A DNA stretch of 64,000 nucleotides from Trichosphaerium sp. ATCC 40318. Lineage: Eukaryota > Protista > Tubulinea. This document shows positions 25,157 through 37,705 of this stretch, piece after piece. The position numbers and the translations under genes are program-made. Below the pieces are notes generated by a model, which was not told where the DNA came from, made no database searches, and saw only the letters and a program-made list of their open reading frames with translations. The stretch is from assembly GCA_038496445.1 (NCBI GenBank), contig JALMLS010000466.1:682001-746000 (forward strand), read 5' to 3'. Position 1 is the first letter of the stretch; the number at the start of each line of letters is the position of its first letter.

Positions 25157-26745
25157 ATGAACGTTCGCGCTGTATTATTTGCATGTAAGCCTCAGAAAAC
25201 ATACCAACCTCAGCACTTACCGCATCTAGTGTTAATATCACAAGTAGCATCTATAGCTAATATTCTAGACTTTGGGGCTATCCCATCAACAAATACGAAT
25301 GAAGCAGCCGAAACAAATGCTGTTGCCCTCCAAAAGGCCTTCTATGCTGCTAATTCAAGCCCCACGAGCGACAGGATAGTGCTTATTCCAGAGTCGAAAG
25401 AATTTTACATATTCGCTGCTGAAGTTTTCAACGTTCACGACATTACAATACAATTGGATGGGCACGTGATTTTTGGTTTTTTGCGTATCTGGTTGTGAAA
25501 AGTTTTCATTTCAGCATTTTGATTAACACTTCTGTTCTGTAAACAGTCGTTTGGTGATTTCAAACAACATTACAGCGTTTCCTCAACCTAGTCAGTTTAA
25601 TCATACTTTTGCCGCTTTGTATATTGGTGACAGCTCAAATATTCATTTGACTGGTTATGGGCAGTTCGATGGACAAGGTTACGATTGGTGGTGGTCTATT
25701 ATTCTTCTTGAGATTCATAATAGACCTCATATGGTTGCTATGGAACGTGTTGAAGGAATAGTGATCGACAATTTATACTTTACTAATTCTCCTAACTTTC
25801 ACCTTCGTCTTCATGATATTAAGGATTTGCATGTCAAAAATATAACAATATACGTTGATACAGAAAGTCAACATGCAATGTTACAAAAATCTGGGAATTG
25901 GCACGAGGAGAGAGGTGTACCAACCTTTCCACTAAATGTATGAAGTTTTTTTATTCTTGCACTTTTCCTCACGCGTTTTTTTTAGACTGATGGTATTGAT
26001 CCGAGTGGTATCAATATCCTTATTGAAGATGTTAATATTGAGAATTATGACGATGCAGTTGCAGTTAAACCATGTACGTTAGAGAAAACAAGGGAGAAAA
26101 CCAACTTTTTTTTAAAGGTAGTGGTGAATGTACATTTTCAACATGCACAGAAAATGTGCTTGTTAGAAACTCTCAAGTGACTTTGGGTGTTGGGATGACT
26201 ATAGGTATTGTTTAAACTCAGTATAACGACACGTATATGCTCACTACTGTTTAGGTTCAGTACCTCCTAAGTCAACGGTCAATTGTGTCCGGAATGTCAC
26301 TTTTGATAACATTGTTTTTACGAAACCAATTAAAGCTTTATACGTCAAGACAAACCCTGGTACGGAAGGTACAGGTATAATCGATAATATAACGTACAAG
26401 AACATTGTTGGCGATGGTGCTTTATGGTACCCTATATGGATAGGTCCACAGCAACAACAACAACCAGGATCAAAAGGAACTGGTTGTTCTTTTTTTTATC
26501 CAATAGATGATGAATGTCCAACTCAACCACGTGTCCCAGTAACAAATATCCACTTGAGTAATATCACATTCACTAATGGTCTTGAACTACCCGGGGTTTT
26601 ACTTTGTGATCCTGAAAGGCCTTGCACTGGATTTACCTTCGACCACGTTTCAAATGAAGGAGAGTTTGGTGTACAAAAAGAATATGTATGTAAAAACGTG
26701 AAAGGCACTTCTACAAGTTCTTTCCCTACTCCATCATGTTTCTAA
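25157..26745 (+). CDS. Secreted glycoside hydrolase family 28 (polygalacturonase-like)
   Basis: Signal peptide; ILDFGA, GQFDGQGYDWW, RPHMV, NSPNFH, PLNTDGIDP, NYDDAVAVK, GMTIGS. Confidence 0.9.
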
Positions 26746-26899
26746 ATAAATCATAACCTTGGGTTTTTATGAATACTACTATTAACAGTGAGTAGAGGCA
26801 CTCATACATCCTCTACTACTTTACTGGCATTAAAGAATATTAAAATGTGATACAAGTTGTACCAGCGCAGTTTCTCCAAGCGAATCTAAGCTGTACTTT

Positions 26900-27372
26900 C
26901 AGCATTCACAAAGTTCCACTTATTATCTAAAAGAGCAGCAACTAGTACACATTTTGATGAATCATTACAACTTTTGTTGTGGTATGTGGATACGATGGTA
27001 CGACAGCGGCAAAGTGTGGGGTAGTGAATATGCAAAGAATGGTCTAGGTACTACATGGTTGAGACTGGAGAAGTTGAGACAGTACATGGTAATTAACAGC
27101 AAAATGACTGGTATAAAAATGGACAACTATTGCAACAAATTGCATTTGTTGCCTCTGAACAAAATGGAGAATACAAAGAATGGCATGAAAACGGACAACT
27201 ACAGACAAAGAGCATGTGGAAACAAGATGGTGAAATGAAAGTGGGTATGAAAACGGACAACTACATGCGCAGAGTGCGTGGTAAACGAGGTGGTGAAGAA
27301 AAAATACGGCATGAAAACGGACATGTAAAGCGTCTACACATTCGGGTAGATGGTAAACTACAGGGCGGATAA
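26900..27372 (+). pseudogene. Degenerate F-box/MORN-variant repeat gene
   Basis: AFTKFHLLSKRAATSTHFDESLQ aligns with the N-termini of the intact paralogs; remnants GEYKEWHENGQL and RHENGHVK lie in different frames; the start coordinate is approximate. Confidence 0.75.
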
Positions 27373-28023
27373 GAGTTCAAGGCACGGTTGTTTATAATAG
27401 CTTCTACAATCACGTGACTAGCTACATCAAACACTTTCTGCAGCGACAATATAAAGCTAGTATCTGTACTGTACATACAATATTTTAACATCCTTTGTTT
27501 CAGTTGCTAGGTGCTTCAGTGGCTATCCTTGACGTTGAGATAGCTTAAAAGCTGTCGAAGTATTCAGCGAAACCGGCAACTCTTTTTACCACTAACTCCA
27601 CGCGCTCATTAAAAAGTTGGTTGGTAGCGATCACCGGTCCCATATTTCTCCCGTTGGTGGCACAATCGTTCAAAGATTCCACGAGGTTCAGTCGCCGAAA
27701 TAGGAAATCGCGTGGATTGAAAACTCGTCATAAATTACGACTCAAAACATCATCAGCAGCTCATCTTTGAACCCCTACACGCTAAATAACAGCAAAAATA
27801 CACACTTGGAAGCCTGTACGCATAAATTAGGAGTTCTGAAACAATATACTAATAAAACAAACACGAGAAACGCTGACGCCAAACCGAAATCAAGAAAAAG
27901 CCAACAAAAAATAAAAAAAATCGAGCAGTTTGTGATGGGTGCGGAACTGAGTTTAATAAGTATCTCTTGTACATTCACACTACGTTATATCACGTAGAGG
28001 GGCTAGGTCACCAATAAAGGGAC

Positions 28024-30093
28024 TCAAGCGGCAGGCTTTACAGGTGCTTTCAAAGGCAAGTCGAACTCCTTCCATAGGCTCACTAATGCTTGAACGAGGT
28101 CCTGCATCATTTCAGGCGTATGGACAGGGCTTGGAGTGAACCTGAATCTCTCGGTACCAACAGGAACGGTTGGGTAGTTGATTGGCTGGACGTAGATACC
28201 ATATTTGTCAAGTAAGCGATCACTCATGCGCTTGCACAAGGCGGCATCGTTAACCATTACTAAAAGTTATGTTAGTTTTTTTGTCGTTTTTCATTCCTGA
28301 ACAAAAAAAAAAAGAGACGTACCAGGAACAATATGGCTAGGAGTGATCATGACAGGTAAACCTGCATCCTGAAGCAAGTTCTTGAGCTTAGTAGATTGAC
28401 TTTGGTGATGCTCCCTAATCTCAGGATGCTTCTTCAAGTACGCAATGCTAAAATAAAAAAATAAGAACAAAACTCTTTAACTTGTCTTTTTTTCCAAACA
28501 TCAACTTTTCTTTAGGGTACGTACCTAGCAGCTGCACCAGCGGTTACGCTAGGAGGAAGAGAAGTAGTAAAGATAAAACCAGGAGCATAACTTCTTATCG
28601 CATCGATGGTTTCAGAGGCGCCGGCGATGTATCCGCCAAAGACACCGAAGGCTTTACCGAGAGTGCCAGAGATAAGATCCAAGCGGTGAGCTTGACCAAT
28701 CTTTTCAGCATAACCAGCTCCAGTATTACCATACAAACCAACAGCATGAACTTCGTCAATGAAAGTCATTGCGCCGTGTTTTTCAGCGATATCGCAAATC
28801 TCCTTTATAGGTGCGATAGTACCATCCATGGAGTAAACAGACTCAAAAATAACCAATTTTGGTACAGATGGATCCACTTTGGACAAAAGTTCGTCGAGGT
28901 GTTCGACAGAATTATGTCGGAAGACATGCTTAGGTGCTTTACTAAATCGGATACCCTACAAATGTCTTTAGAGACTAAAAAATGAAAAAAACGGACAAAT
29001 AGTTTTTAATATGTCTACACGCGCACCTCTATAAGACTAGCATGGTTCTTTTCATCAGAAAATAGGGTAAGGCCTGGAATAAGCTTTGATAAACCTTGTA
29101 TAGTCGACGAATTCGCAACTAATTTTTTTTCGTTAGAAAAAGGCAAAGTTTCCTTAAAACTTACCATAACAAGAAGAAAATACCAGTCCTGCTCCTTTTT
29201 TATGTAAATCAGCTATCTCTGATTCCAGTTCTTTATGGTGACGGTTACTTCCAGAGATATTTCTTGTTCCCCAGAACCAGCACCACAAGTTTCAACTGCG
29301 TTCTAAATATTAAATATTAGCGCTAGTTATTTGGTTGGTGCACATTTTGTACCTTTACGGCGTCCAAAACGACAGGGTTTTGTCCCATTCCAAGGTAATC
29401 GTTACTACACCAAACCGTCATTTCCTTATCTTGAACGCCTTCTTGTTTGTACGCGGCTATACAGCGAGTGAGTACAAAAGTGTGATTCGTTCTAACGTTT
29501 ACCCTTTGGAAATGCTCCTCGTTGTCGTGTCATTGTCTTAAATTCACGGTAGCGACCTTCTTCTTTAATTTGTTTTAAACCCTCCTAGTACAAATGTAAA
29601 TAAAAAATATCGTAATAAAGCGTTGTTTTGGGTAATTAATATGTACCTTGATGTATTTGTCGTGAGGTAACGTTTTGGGTTTTGGTTTTTCTTCCTCAGG
29701 TTGTTGTTGCGGGCGAGCTATTTCAGACCATTTACGTTCTATTAATTATTAGAGGGTACACGGAGCAACATGGGGAGATGTGGGATAAAAACACATACCG
29801 AGTGGTAAATCAAAAGCGCTTGGGCTAGCGGTCTCGCTCTCCAAGTCGGCCTCTAGTGCGACATCCACACCGGCCGAATAATAAGTGCGCACAGTTCTAC
29901 CGACAGGGCAACTGGCGTGAAAGCGACGAACTACTGAAACGTCTAATTTCTTTGTGCTAGCAATTGGGCACTGAGTTTTGAGTTGGTTCAAAAATGAAGC
30001 TCCTTGAATCCTTGAGGTGTTCGTTGGTTGCTTTTTAGTCATTGCTGCTCTGTGGAAAGGACATCCACGCATAGCTGCGGCTTGAAATGCCAT
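28024..30093 (-). CDS. HEM1: Mitochondrial 5-aminolevulinate synthase
   Basis: [77 protein letters not shown]; apparent 1-nt deletion at 29269-29272. Confidence 0.96.
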
Positions 30094-30630
30094 TGGTTGT
30101 TGTTTTTGGAAATTTTAAAATAATAAGGTCAAGTAACGTCATTTGTCTGCTGAAACGCAATGTGATGTCTCGAGATAACCCGGGTCATATCGCTACGTTA
30201 TGGGTGGGTGAGAAACACCAAACAAGACAGCAAGTTCATGTGTATTTTTGTAGTTTTGGCACGTTCTGTGATGCCCTGTCACCCATCATTCATTTTTACT
30301 TGGTATCTGGACGCGTTCTCGGAGGCAATTGTTTTGAGTCTCGACAAATTCCAGTGGCCGATAATTACACAAACTACAGAGTGCCTTCGTGAATTGGCCG
30401 ATACCATTTTGTGCCTTGCTCCGAGACTATAAAGTTAGACATCAGCGCGTTTTGATCCTACGCCTTCCTCACAGATTTCACGAATAACCACGTGCTCTTT
30501 ATGTCACCAATGAAAAGAAAAGCGATCAACACGAGCTCTTTGAGCTTGCTGAATAAAATTGACGCAATTACCAACATAACCGAAATTTGAACAACCCACG
30601 CAAGTAAATACCATAAGTGCCTACCACCGT

Positions 30631-33600
30631 ATGGATGCTCTCGTTCAAGAGGCCCTAGATATAATTGGCTATGCTGGTTTACGCGGTTGGAATTATATTT
30701 CGTCATATTGTTACTTACAACGCTAGGTATACGTATAAACGAGCTGTGGGATAAATTTGGACCACAACATAACTTAGACAAACACATAAAGCGTTGGTTG
30801 TGGACTAACCTGATAGTACGTCCAGAAATACAATTCTACACATCGAGAGTACGGAATAAACAAAAATTACGCATAAAATTCTTAGTTCTTCGATAGAGCG
30901 AAGAAAAGTACCTCAAAAACCTTGAAGACGATCAGTGCGTACACCTGCGATGTTTGAAATAAGTTTTTAATTGTTTGTCAACAAGTGTCAAAGGGAAATG
31001 CGATCCAGAGCGAGTTGAGAAACCAGATGTGGTAACTATGAGTTGGGAACAAGTTCAAGAACTAGAAGATCTACATTTAGTCGGTAGTCAGGCTTTACGT
31101 AATCGTATGCTTGGTATCCGAGACGTACGACATCTTAACACGTTTTACAGTATCAAGCTAACTAGAAAATTATAGGACAAACTATTCACTTCCGTATCTC
31201 TTCTAACTTATGTCATTCTCGAGATTATTGGTAGAGGTGGCTATGGTGGAGTAGCTCAAGTAGATATACCTACATTACTTGGTGATGGAGAGACTCCAAA
31301 GAGTATTTTTAATAACCTAAAACAGCTTGAACAGAAGTTTTCTCTAATGTACAATTTCGTTGACATGTGTCACAATTTGATATGATCGTTTCCTTACAAT
31401 TGTTTTAGATATAAAGAAAAAGCCTATGTTAGCCGTAAATCGAAGTCTAGTAAGCACAGTAACTGTTGCTTCCTTGCAAAGTTCTATGAAGAACGACAAG
31501 CGAAAGTTCGCGCATCGGAGTTTAAACGTGATCAAAAAAGTAAAGCTGATCAGATGGAAATGACCGGTTAGTTTGGGTTTTATTTTTGATTACTTGTTGT
31601 TTATTTTCTTTATAGACCAAGCACTGGAGGGTATGTCTTCTCAAGGTCTTGTATTGAAGGTTGAGGTTACAAGACAAGTAACTTCTCTTCTTGCAAATGC
31701 TACAGATAATATTCTTCGTGAGTGTGAACTTCGAGAGTTGCTTGTACGTTATAGCTAATATTATACGTAAATAACACTTTGAAAGGCGTCAATATTGAAA
31801 TACAGTCGTCGTAAACTTTGTTGGAAGGACATTAAGTCACGTATGATAAAAGAAGGATGGATAGAGCAAATAGCTGTTAAACTACCAGAAAAGAAAGATC
31901 TTATAAAATGTGTAAAACTGGTAAAACCATGGCAACCATCTAGGAATCTTCACAATGAGACACGTAATATGGCAGCTAAACGTGGTGCTCTAAACTTTGA
32001 ACTACCTTTCCATCATCAAATATACAATGTGATAGAAGCTACAGAACAAGAGGGTATTTGGCAATCTGTAAGTAGTGTTCGCCACATTTTTGTGATTTAA
32101 TTTATTTCTACAGGATATTATGCGTATTACTGATACAGATGTGAATAAACGTAGTATCAGTAATAAGATAATGGTGCTCCTTGATAACTATGGTGTTGTT
32201 GCTGTACCGAAGTTGCTTGGAAAAACAACAGCTTATAGGTTATTCCTTCGTAAGTACATACCAACTGATTTAGAGAGTGTACTAGACGCTGTAAAGGTAT
32301 GTGTCATTTACTCTTTTGTTTTTTAGTATTGACACGTGTATATAGGAAGATTCTAAAAAGCTCAATACTGACGGTAACGGTAATGTAAGTAACGCATACA
32401 ATAATTGGAAAGTGAAATTAATTAAGCTCTATTTTTAGGTAAAACGTAAAGTAGTCACGCTTGATTTTATGAACCGTTGCGATTTCATTAGTAAGGCTCT
32501 TGACAAAGATCCTATTATACCAACGTATACATTATGTAAAGATTTATGTATGTCCGAATACGTTATGTGATATTTTGTAGTCTCTCCTAATATCTATATA
32601 GCTGATTTTACTGGTATGAGTATTGATAGAAAGACACTCAAAAGGTCGCGTTGATTCCATGTTTTTTCGTGTTTACTTATAGCTGATATTAGGTTGTTGG
32701 GAACAATGTCTGACTCTAAAAAATTAAAACTTGTTGGTGTGAGGTAACTTTCAGAAAACGTCTTTTTTTGTTATTTACTTTGAGAATTCTAATGATTTGT
32801 AGTTTACCTTTGATGACTGGAGCTAGCAAATCTTTTCAGCTAGTACTTAAACCAGGTATGTATTTGCTTTTCTCAATGGGAGTTATTTATGTTTGACGTA
32901 CTGTACCAGAGCTCAAGATAAATGGACCAGAAGTGCTTCATTTTATTGAACATATAAAAAGTAAAGATGTACGTTATCCAACCTTCTATTCACTAAATTT
33001 AATCTCGTATAGTTTGAAGTATTTAAAACTCCAAGTAAAGCGCCAGCAGCTCCTATAGCTGAAGTTGAAATGTCTCAAGTGAGTAATCGAAAATAAGACA
33101 TTTTGATGGTCCTCGCGCTGATTGCATTCTTTCTGTAGATTGATAGCCTGAAGAAACCGATTAAAACTATTTCAGAAAAGGTTCCTAAACAATCATCAAT
33201 TAGGATTGCTATAAACTACGGGTTTATAAAAGCAAGTCTTGTCCGAGCAAAACTGTTACATTTCTATCTTTGGCAAAGTAGTTTTGGTACAGGCGCATGT
33301 GATATTGTATTTAACCTCCCAGAAGAGGAAAGGCACGTTTATAAAACGCTCTGCATGAGGTCAACTATTGTTATTATTAATAACTTTCTAGACACGAGAA
33401 AAACGAAGATGTACTTGCTAATTTTCTCGGAAAGAAAGGAGTGGCTGTTAATGTTACACCTGAAGTTGCCAAGAAGGAAGAGAAGCCACTTTCTGGACAG
33501 ATAATTGACGACAATGTTGATACATCCTCTCTTGATCCTGCTATATTTGCACTACAAAAAATAATAGACAAGTATGGATTATGCTTTTTCTTGGTTACTT

Positions 33601-36600
33601 ATTCTTTTCTTACCTTTAGTATGCCTATCAACTTTTACTTGCAAGTTATTGGACATCCAAGGATTGTACCAGGACTAAAGGAATGTAAAGATGAAGGTAC
33701 ACTTCTTAAAGACCTTCCAGAGGATATAAAGTGAGTTGTCTTTTGAAGGAGAAGCTTGTTTGTTAATGTTTTTTTCAAAAAATAGAGCAGCATTATTTAA
33801 TCGTCGAAATTACACTAAACGTCTTCAAACACTTATGGATATACTACGTAATTTGAATCTTCTTAATGCCACTATACGCTTGGAAAAAGATCACACAGGT
33901 CCTATTGTATCTAATTCACATGTGAATAGTACAGCAGAGATATCCTTACATCAGTTTGGTAGTATCCTTATTTTTTTCCTGTTTCCTTTTTTTTTTTTGG
34001 CATGTTTTCTACTGTTTCTTCTTTAACGATCAAGAAATTCTGGATATTACAATTGCACCACATAAGTACGTATTGCTTTATCGTAGTAATGTGTTATGGA
34101 GTATTAATTTGTTCAACAGAGAGCGTTTGTATACGTTCAAGTCTCAAACAGCGATTGCACAGTTTTGGGATGACTTGGAACATGTTGCTAATATAAAGGA
34201 CTGTAGTCCAGAAGTACGTTCATATATCAACGCCAATAATTAATGCTTCCACTTTTAAGGTAGTAGAGGCAAGAAAGAAATATTTCCCTAAAGTGACTCT
34301 TCTTTCCACTAACTGGTTCGCGTTTTTTTCTTGTTAAATTTCTTTTAACTCAAAGCATAGGACGGGCATGTATTGCTTGCTACCTTGGCAAAAGCTGGCT
34401 CTTAAGAAGAACTATAAAGAGTATAATAGTGCAGCTGAAGAGGATAAGACAGAGCTTCTTAATAAAGTTGGAAACCTGTGTGACTTGGATCCAAATCAAG
34501 TGGTTATGTATTACAAGAAATACAGAGTCAAAGTGCGAACAAACATGCCTTCTTTTTTTTTAGTTGAGGCTCTTACCAGTAATTAATATATTGATTAATT
34601 ATTTAGCTATTAAACTTGGCTGCTGCTTCCAAGCTAAAGAGAAAACGCAGAAAATCTGATGATGGTCAACCTAAAAGAAAACGTAGGCGCCGTACTACAA
34701 GAACAACGACACAACCAGAGACTGATGTAGAGATGACCGATGCTGAAGGAATTGCAAAGCAGCTTGAGTACGTTTTTTCTTGTGCTAATCTTTCATTGCG
34801 ATTTTACCCAATATTTCTGTAGGGGAGCTACTATTATGGATGAGCCTGGGCCTCGTGAAGCTTTACCACATGTTGAAGCATATGAACGCATGATGAGAGA
34901 CAGACATAGAGGTACCTACCTTTCGACTATTTTGAAGTTTTGCTTATTTCACTTTCCTTAGATGAAGGAAACGATATACTACCTTTGCAAGATATCGATG
35001 AAGAAGATGAAGATGAGGATGAGCTTGAAACTACAGGACCTAATCGTAGATATGTTTGGTCATATGACCAGACCTTGCTTTTGTTAAAGCATATTAGCGC
35101 TTTTATTGCAAAGAAACCACGTGCGTTTTATTTTTATTTCATTTTTGGCTAAATAGTTTGAATTAGCTGCTGGTAACCAAACTAGCTATGCCGAGCAACT
35201 TACCGAGTCTGATTGGAGGGCTATTGCAGCTATAGTAAAGTTCAAACCAAACTTATGCAAGAGGAGGTAAGATAACAGCCAATTAAAATTTCGCAGCTCG
35301 TTTTTATTTTGCCATCTTGTGTTGTTTATTATTTTTTACTCTTTTAGGCTTAATGTCTTAGTAAAAAATGTAAAATACATGCAAGCTCTACAAAGAGCAA
35401 TAGAACATAGACGGGTACATGTTGCCAGTACTGTCGCAATTGAGCTTTGTTCTGACTTCTTTTTTTCAAAGGAGATAGAAAAGGCTGTACCTGATTCGAT
35501 TAATGAACCTCTTCCTGATAGTATTGAAGCTATTATTCAAAAATACAACATAAAGCCGCAATTTACTAGTTCAGATGTACCTTTCCCGCCTGAAACACAT
35601 ACTGTACGTCTTCATTGCAACAACAGGAGCTTTCGGGGTTTTTTTGCTTTTTTTTTTTGGTTTGTTTCGGCACTTATTGTGATTGTAGATTCTTGCTGAT
35701 TATCTTAAAATCATGTTCCTTATGTCAGATGAAGATTATGTTGTTGAGGCAGCATACAAGGTTTGACGACAATATTTTTATTACATTGTTGTTTAACAAG
35801 CCTAATTTAGATGTGCTCTAAATTCGGTGAAAAAGAGATTGGTAGAGCTGTGTTTATACTTCAACGTCATTCAGTCGTTGTAAAGAAGAAAGATCCAACT
35901 CGTGCTCGTCGTTATGATCTTCAACATAAATTTTACAGAGTACGTGGTTAAAAATTACTGCCTCTTTCTTTTTGTATGGTTAATAGAGCAAATCCTGCTG
36001 TTCTTTGAACTCTTGGTATTAGCAAGTTAATTGTTTTAGGCCTTGGAACCACGCCTCGATGAAGAAATATTCCATGAGTTTGAGTCGTATAGTAAAGAAA
36101 TAAATGACAACGATGTATTAGATTTTCCAGAAATAGAAGGCAAAGGAGGTATGTAAAAAAAACATATGACCATCTCATTGTTTTCTTGTCCAGTTTTTGT
36201 TCAACTATAGGCGTATTATTAACGTTTTTCTGTTTTTTAAGGTCAAGTAGCAGCTGCTTTATCTCTGGCAGTACAAGATAAACTATGGCTAGAGCCTTGT
36301 GTTTCTACAATCCACAAAACTACTTTTCTAAGACGTGATGGTAAGCTAACTCGTGTTTTTTTGAAATTTTGTGAAGTTTTTTGTTTATGGTTTTATTGAT
36401 TTATTTGTACAGCTGGTAATGTAACAACAAATGAACATGATGTCCCAGATGTTGCTGTAAGACTTTACAACAAGCAATCTGGCGATGCCTTCCAAAATAA
36501 AGAACAAGAAAACCCTGAACCTATGGATATTGATAAACCTACAGCTGACATTGTATGTCGTTTTGTGATGCTATAGTGATATCCAAAGTCTTATGTAATT

Positions 36601-37533
36601 CTTAGGATATGTCTATTGAAGACGTTCTTACAACCCTTGCAAGTATGGGCGCTAGTGAAGATGAAAACAAGCTTGCTGAGCGTTTGTATAAGTTCATCTT
36701 GTCAAAAGATGATGACGGTGTATCATCGGAAGATATTAAAGAATCATTTGATGGAGAGGATATAAAAGAAGCATTGACCGCTTTGGAAAGTTTCAATATG
36801 GTCAGAGAAGTTTGTAGTTACAATGATTATTGTTGGTACGAACAACCGTTTTTTTTGTTGATTTTACTTCACTTTGTAAATACGATTTTTTGATTGTTTT
36901 CTAGGGTGGCAAAACCATTCTTCAAGCGTTGGTGTGTATCAAGAACTATAGAAGTAGATGGAAATGAAGTAGTTGGCAAAAGTGTAGAGCTTCAACCGTG
37001 GATAAAACTTGATGGTACACTTCCCAAAAAATTCTTTTTTCTTTTTTTCTTTTGCTGTACATTCTTTGAATGTAGTTATTCTCTCCTATGTTACCATACC
37101 ATAATTGCCAACACGAGAAACAAATTTTGTTTGTATTGAAGCTCTTACGATGGAGTTAACCACAATTTGTTTAGGTACCTTAAATAAGCCTATATTAAGC
37201 AAGCTCAGACGTAAAGTTCTTGGCGAGATTATTGATAAGCCTGGAATAAGCGCTGTACGTTTGCATTTCGCCTAGATGTTACTTATAAATTCTATATAGG
37301 ATGCACTTATTAAGGGACTAGGTCTTTTCCGTCCTTCTGTGATAAATAGGATTATTGATTCCCTAGAGCAAGAAGGTAAGGTTCAGTCCACCTCAGTGAA
37401 GCAGAACCCTGTCTCTTTGTTCTCTGGTACCCCAGATTATGGTATATGTAATACGAATACTTCACTTCCGGGCAGTAGCAAAGATATCAACAGAAGTCTC
37501 ATACCAACACCTGATTGTTATAATTACTTGTAA
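30631..37533 (+). CDS. GTF3C1: Transcription factor IIIC subunit 1 (B-block-binding subunit), many introns
   Basis: MDALVQEALDIIGYAGLRGIRINELW...LWTNLIVRPEIQFY N-terminus; YVILEIIGRGGYGGVAQVD winged helix; MPINFYLQVIG; C-terminal PWIKLDGTLNKP...IDKPGIS. Confidence 0.85.
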
Positions 37534-37705
37534 AAAGAAATAATAAAAAAAAGTAAAAACCAAAAACTTGCGTTTAGAGGAGTACCTTTTGTTCGCTCCA
37601 GGTTTCATGTTACAATATAGAACTGAAAACATTTATGCACATTGTTGTGTAAGAGGTACCAAACAATGTTTTTTTTTAAAAGGAGGTTTATTCATTACAC
37701 TAGTG

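Noticed and set aside
27500-27760. Possible snRNA or other structured RNA (small hairpins, ttgaaaact)
   Set aside because: No convincing match to U1-U6, SRP, RNase P/MRP or tRNA features by eye; a covariance-model search would be needed
30100-30620. Small gene or uORFs between HEM1 and GTF3C1
   Set aside because: An intron-like segment is present on the minus strand, but no coherent protein could be assembled
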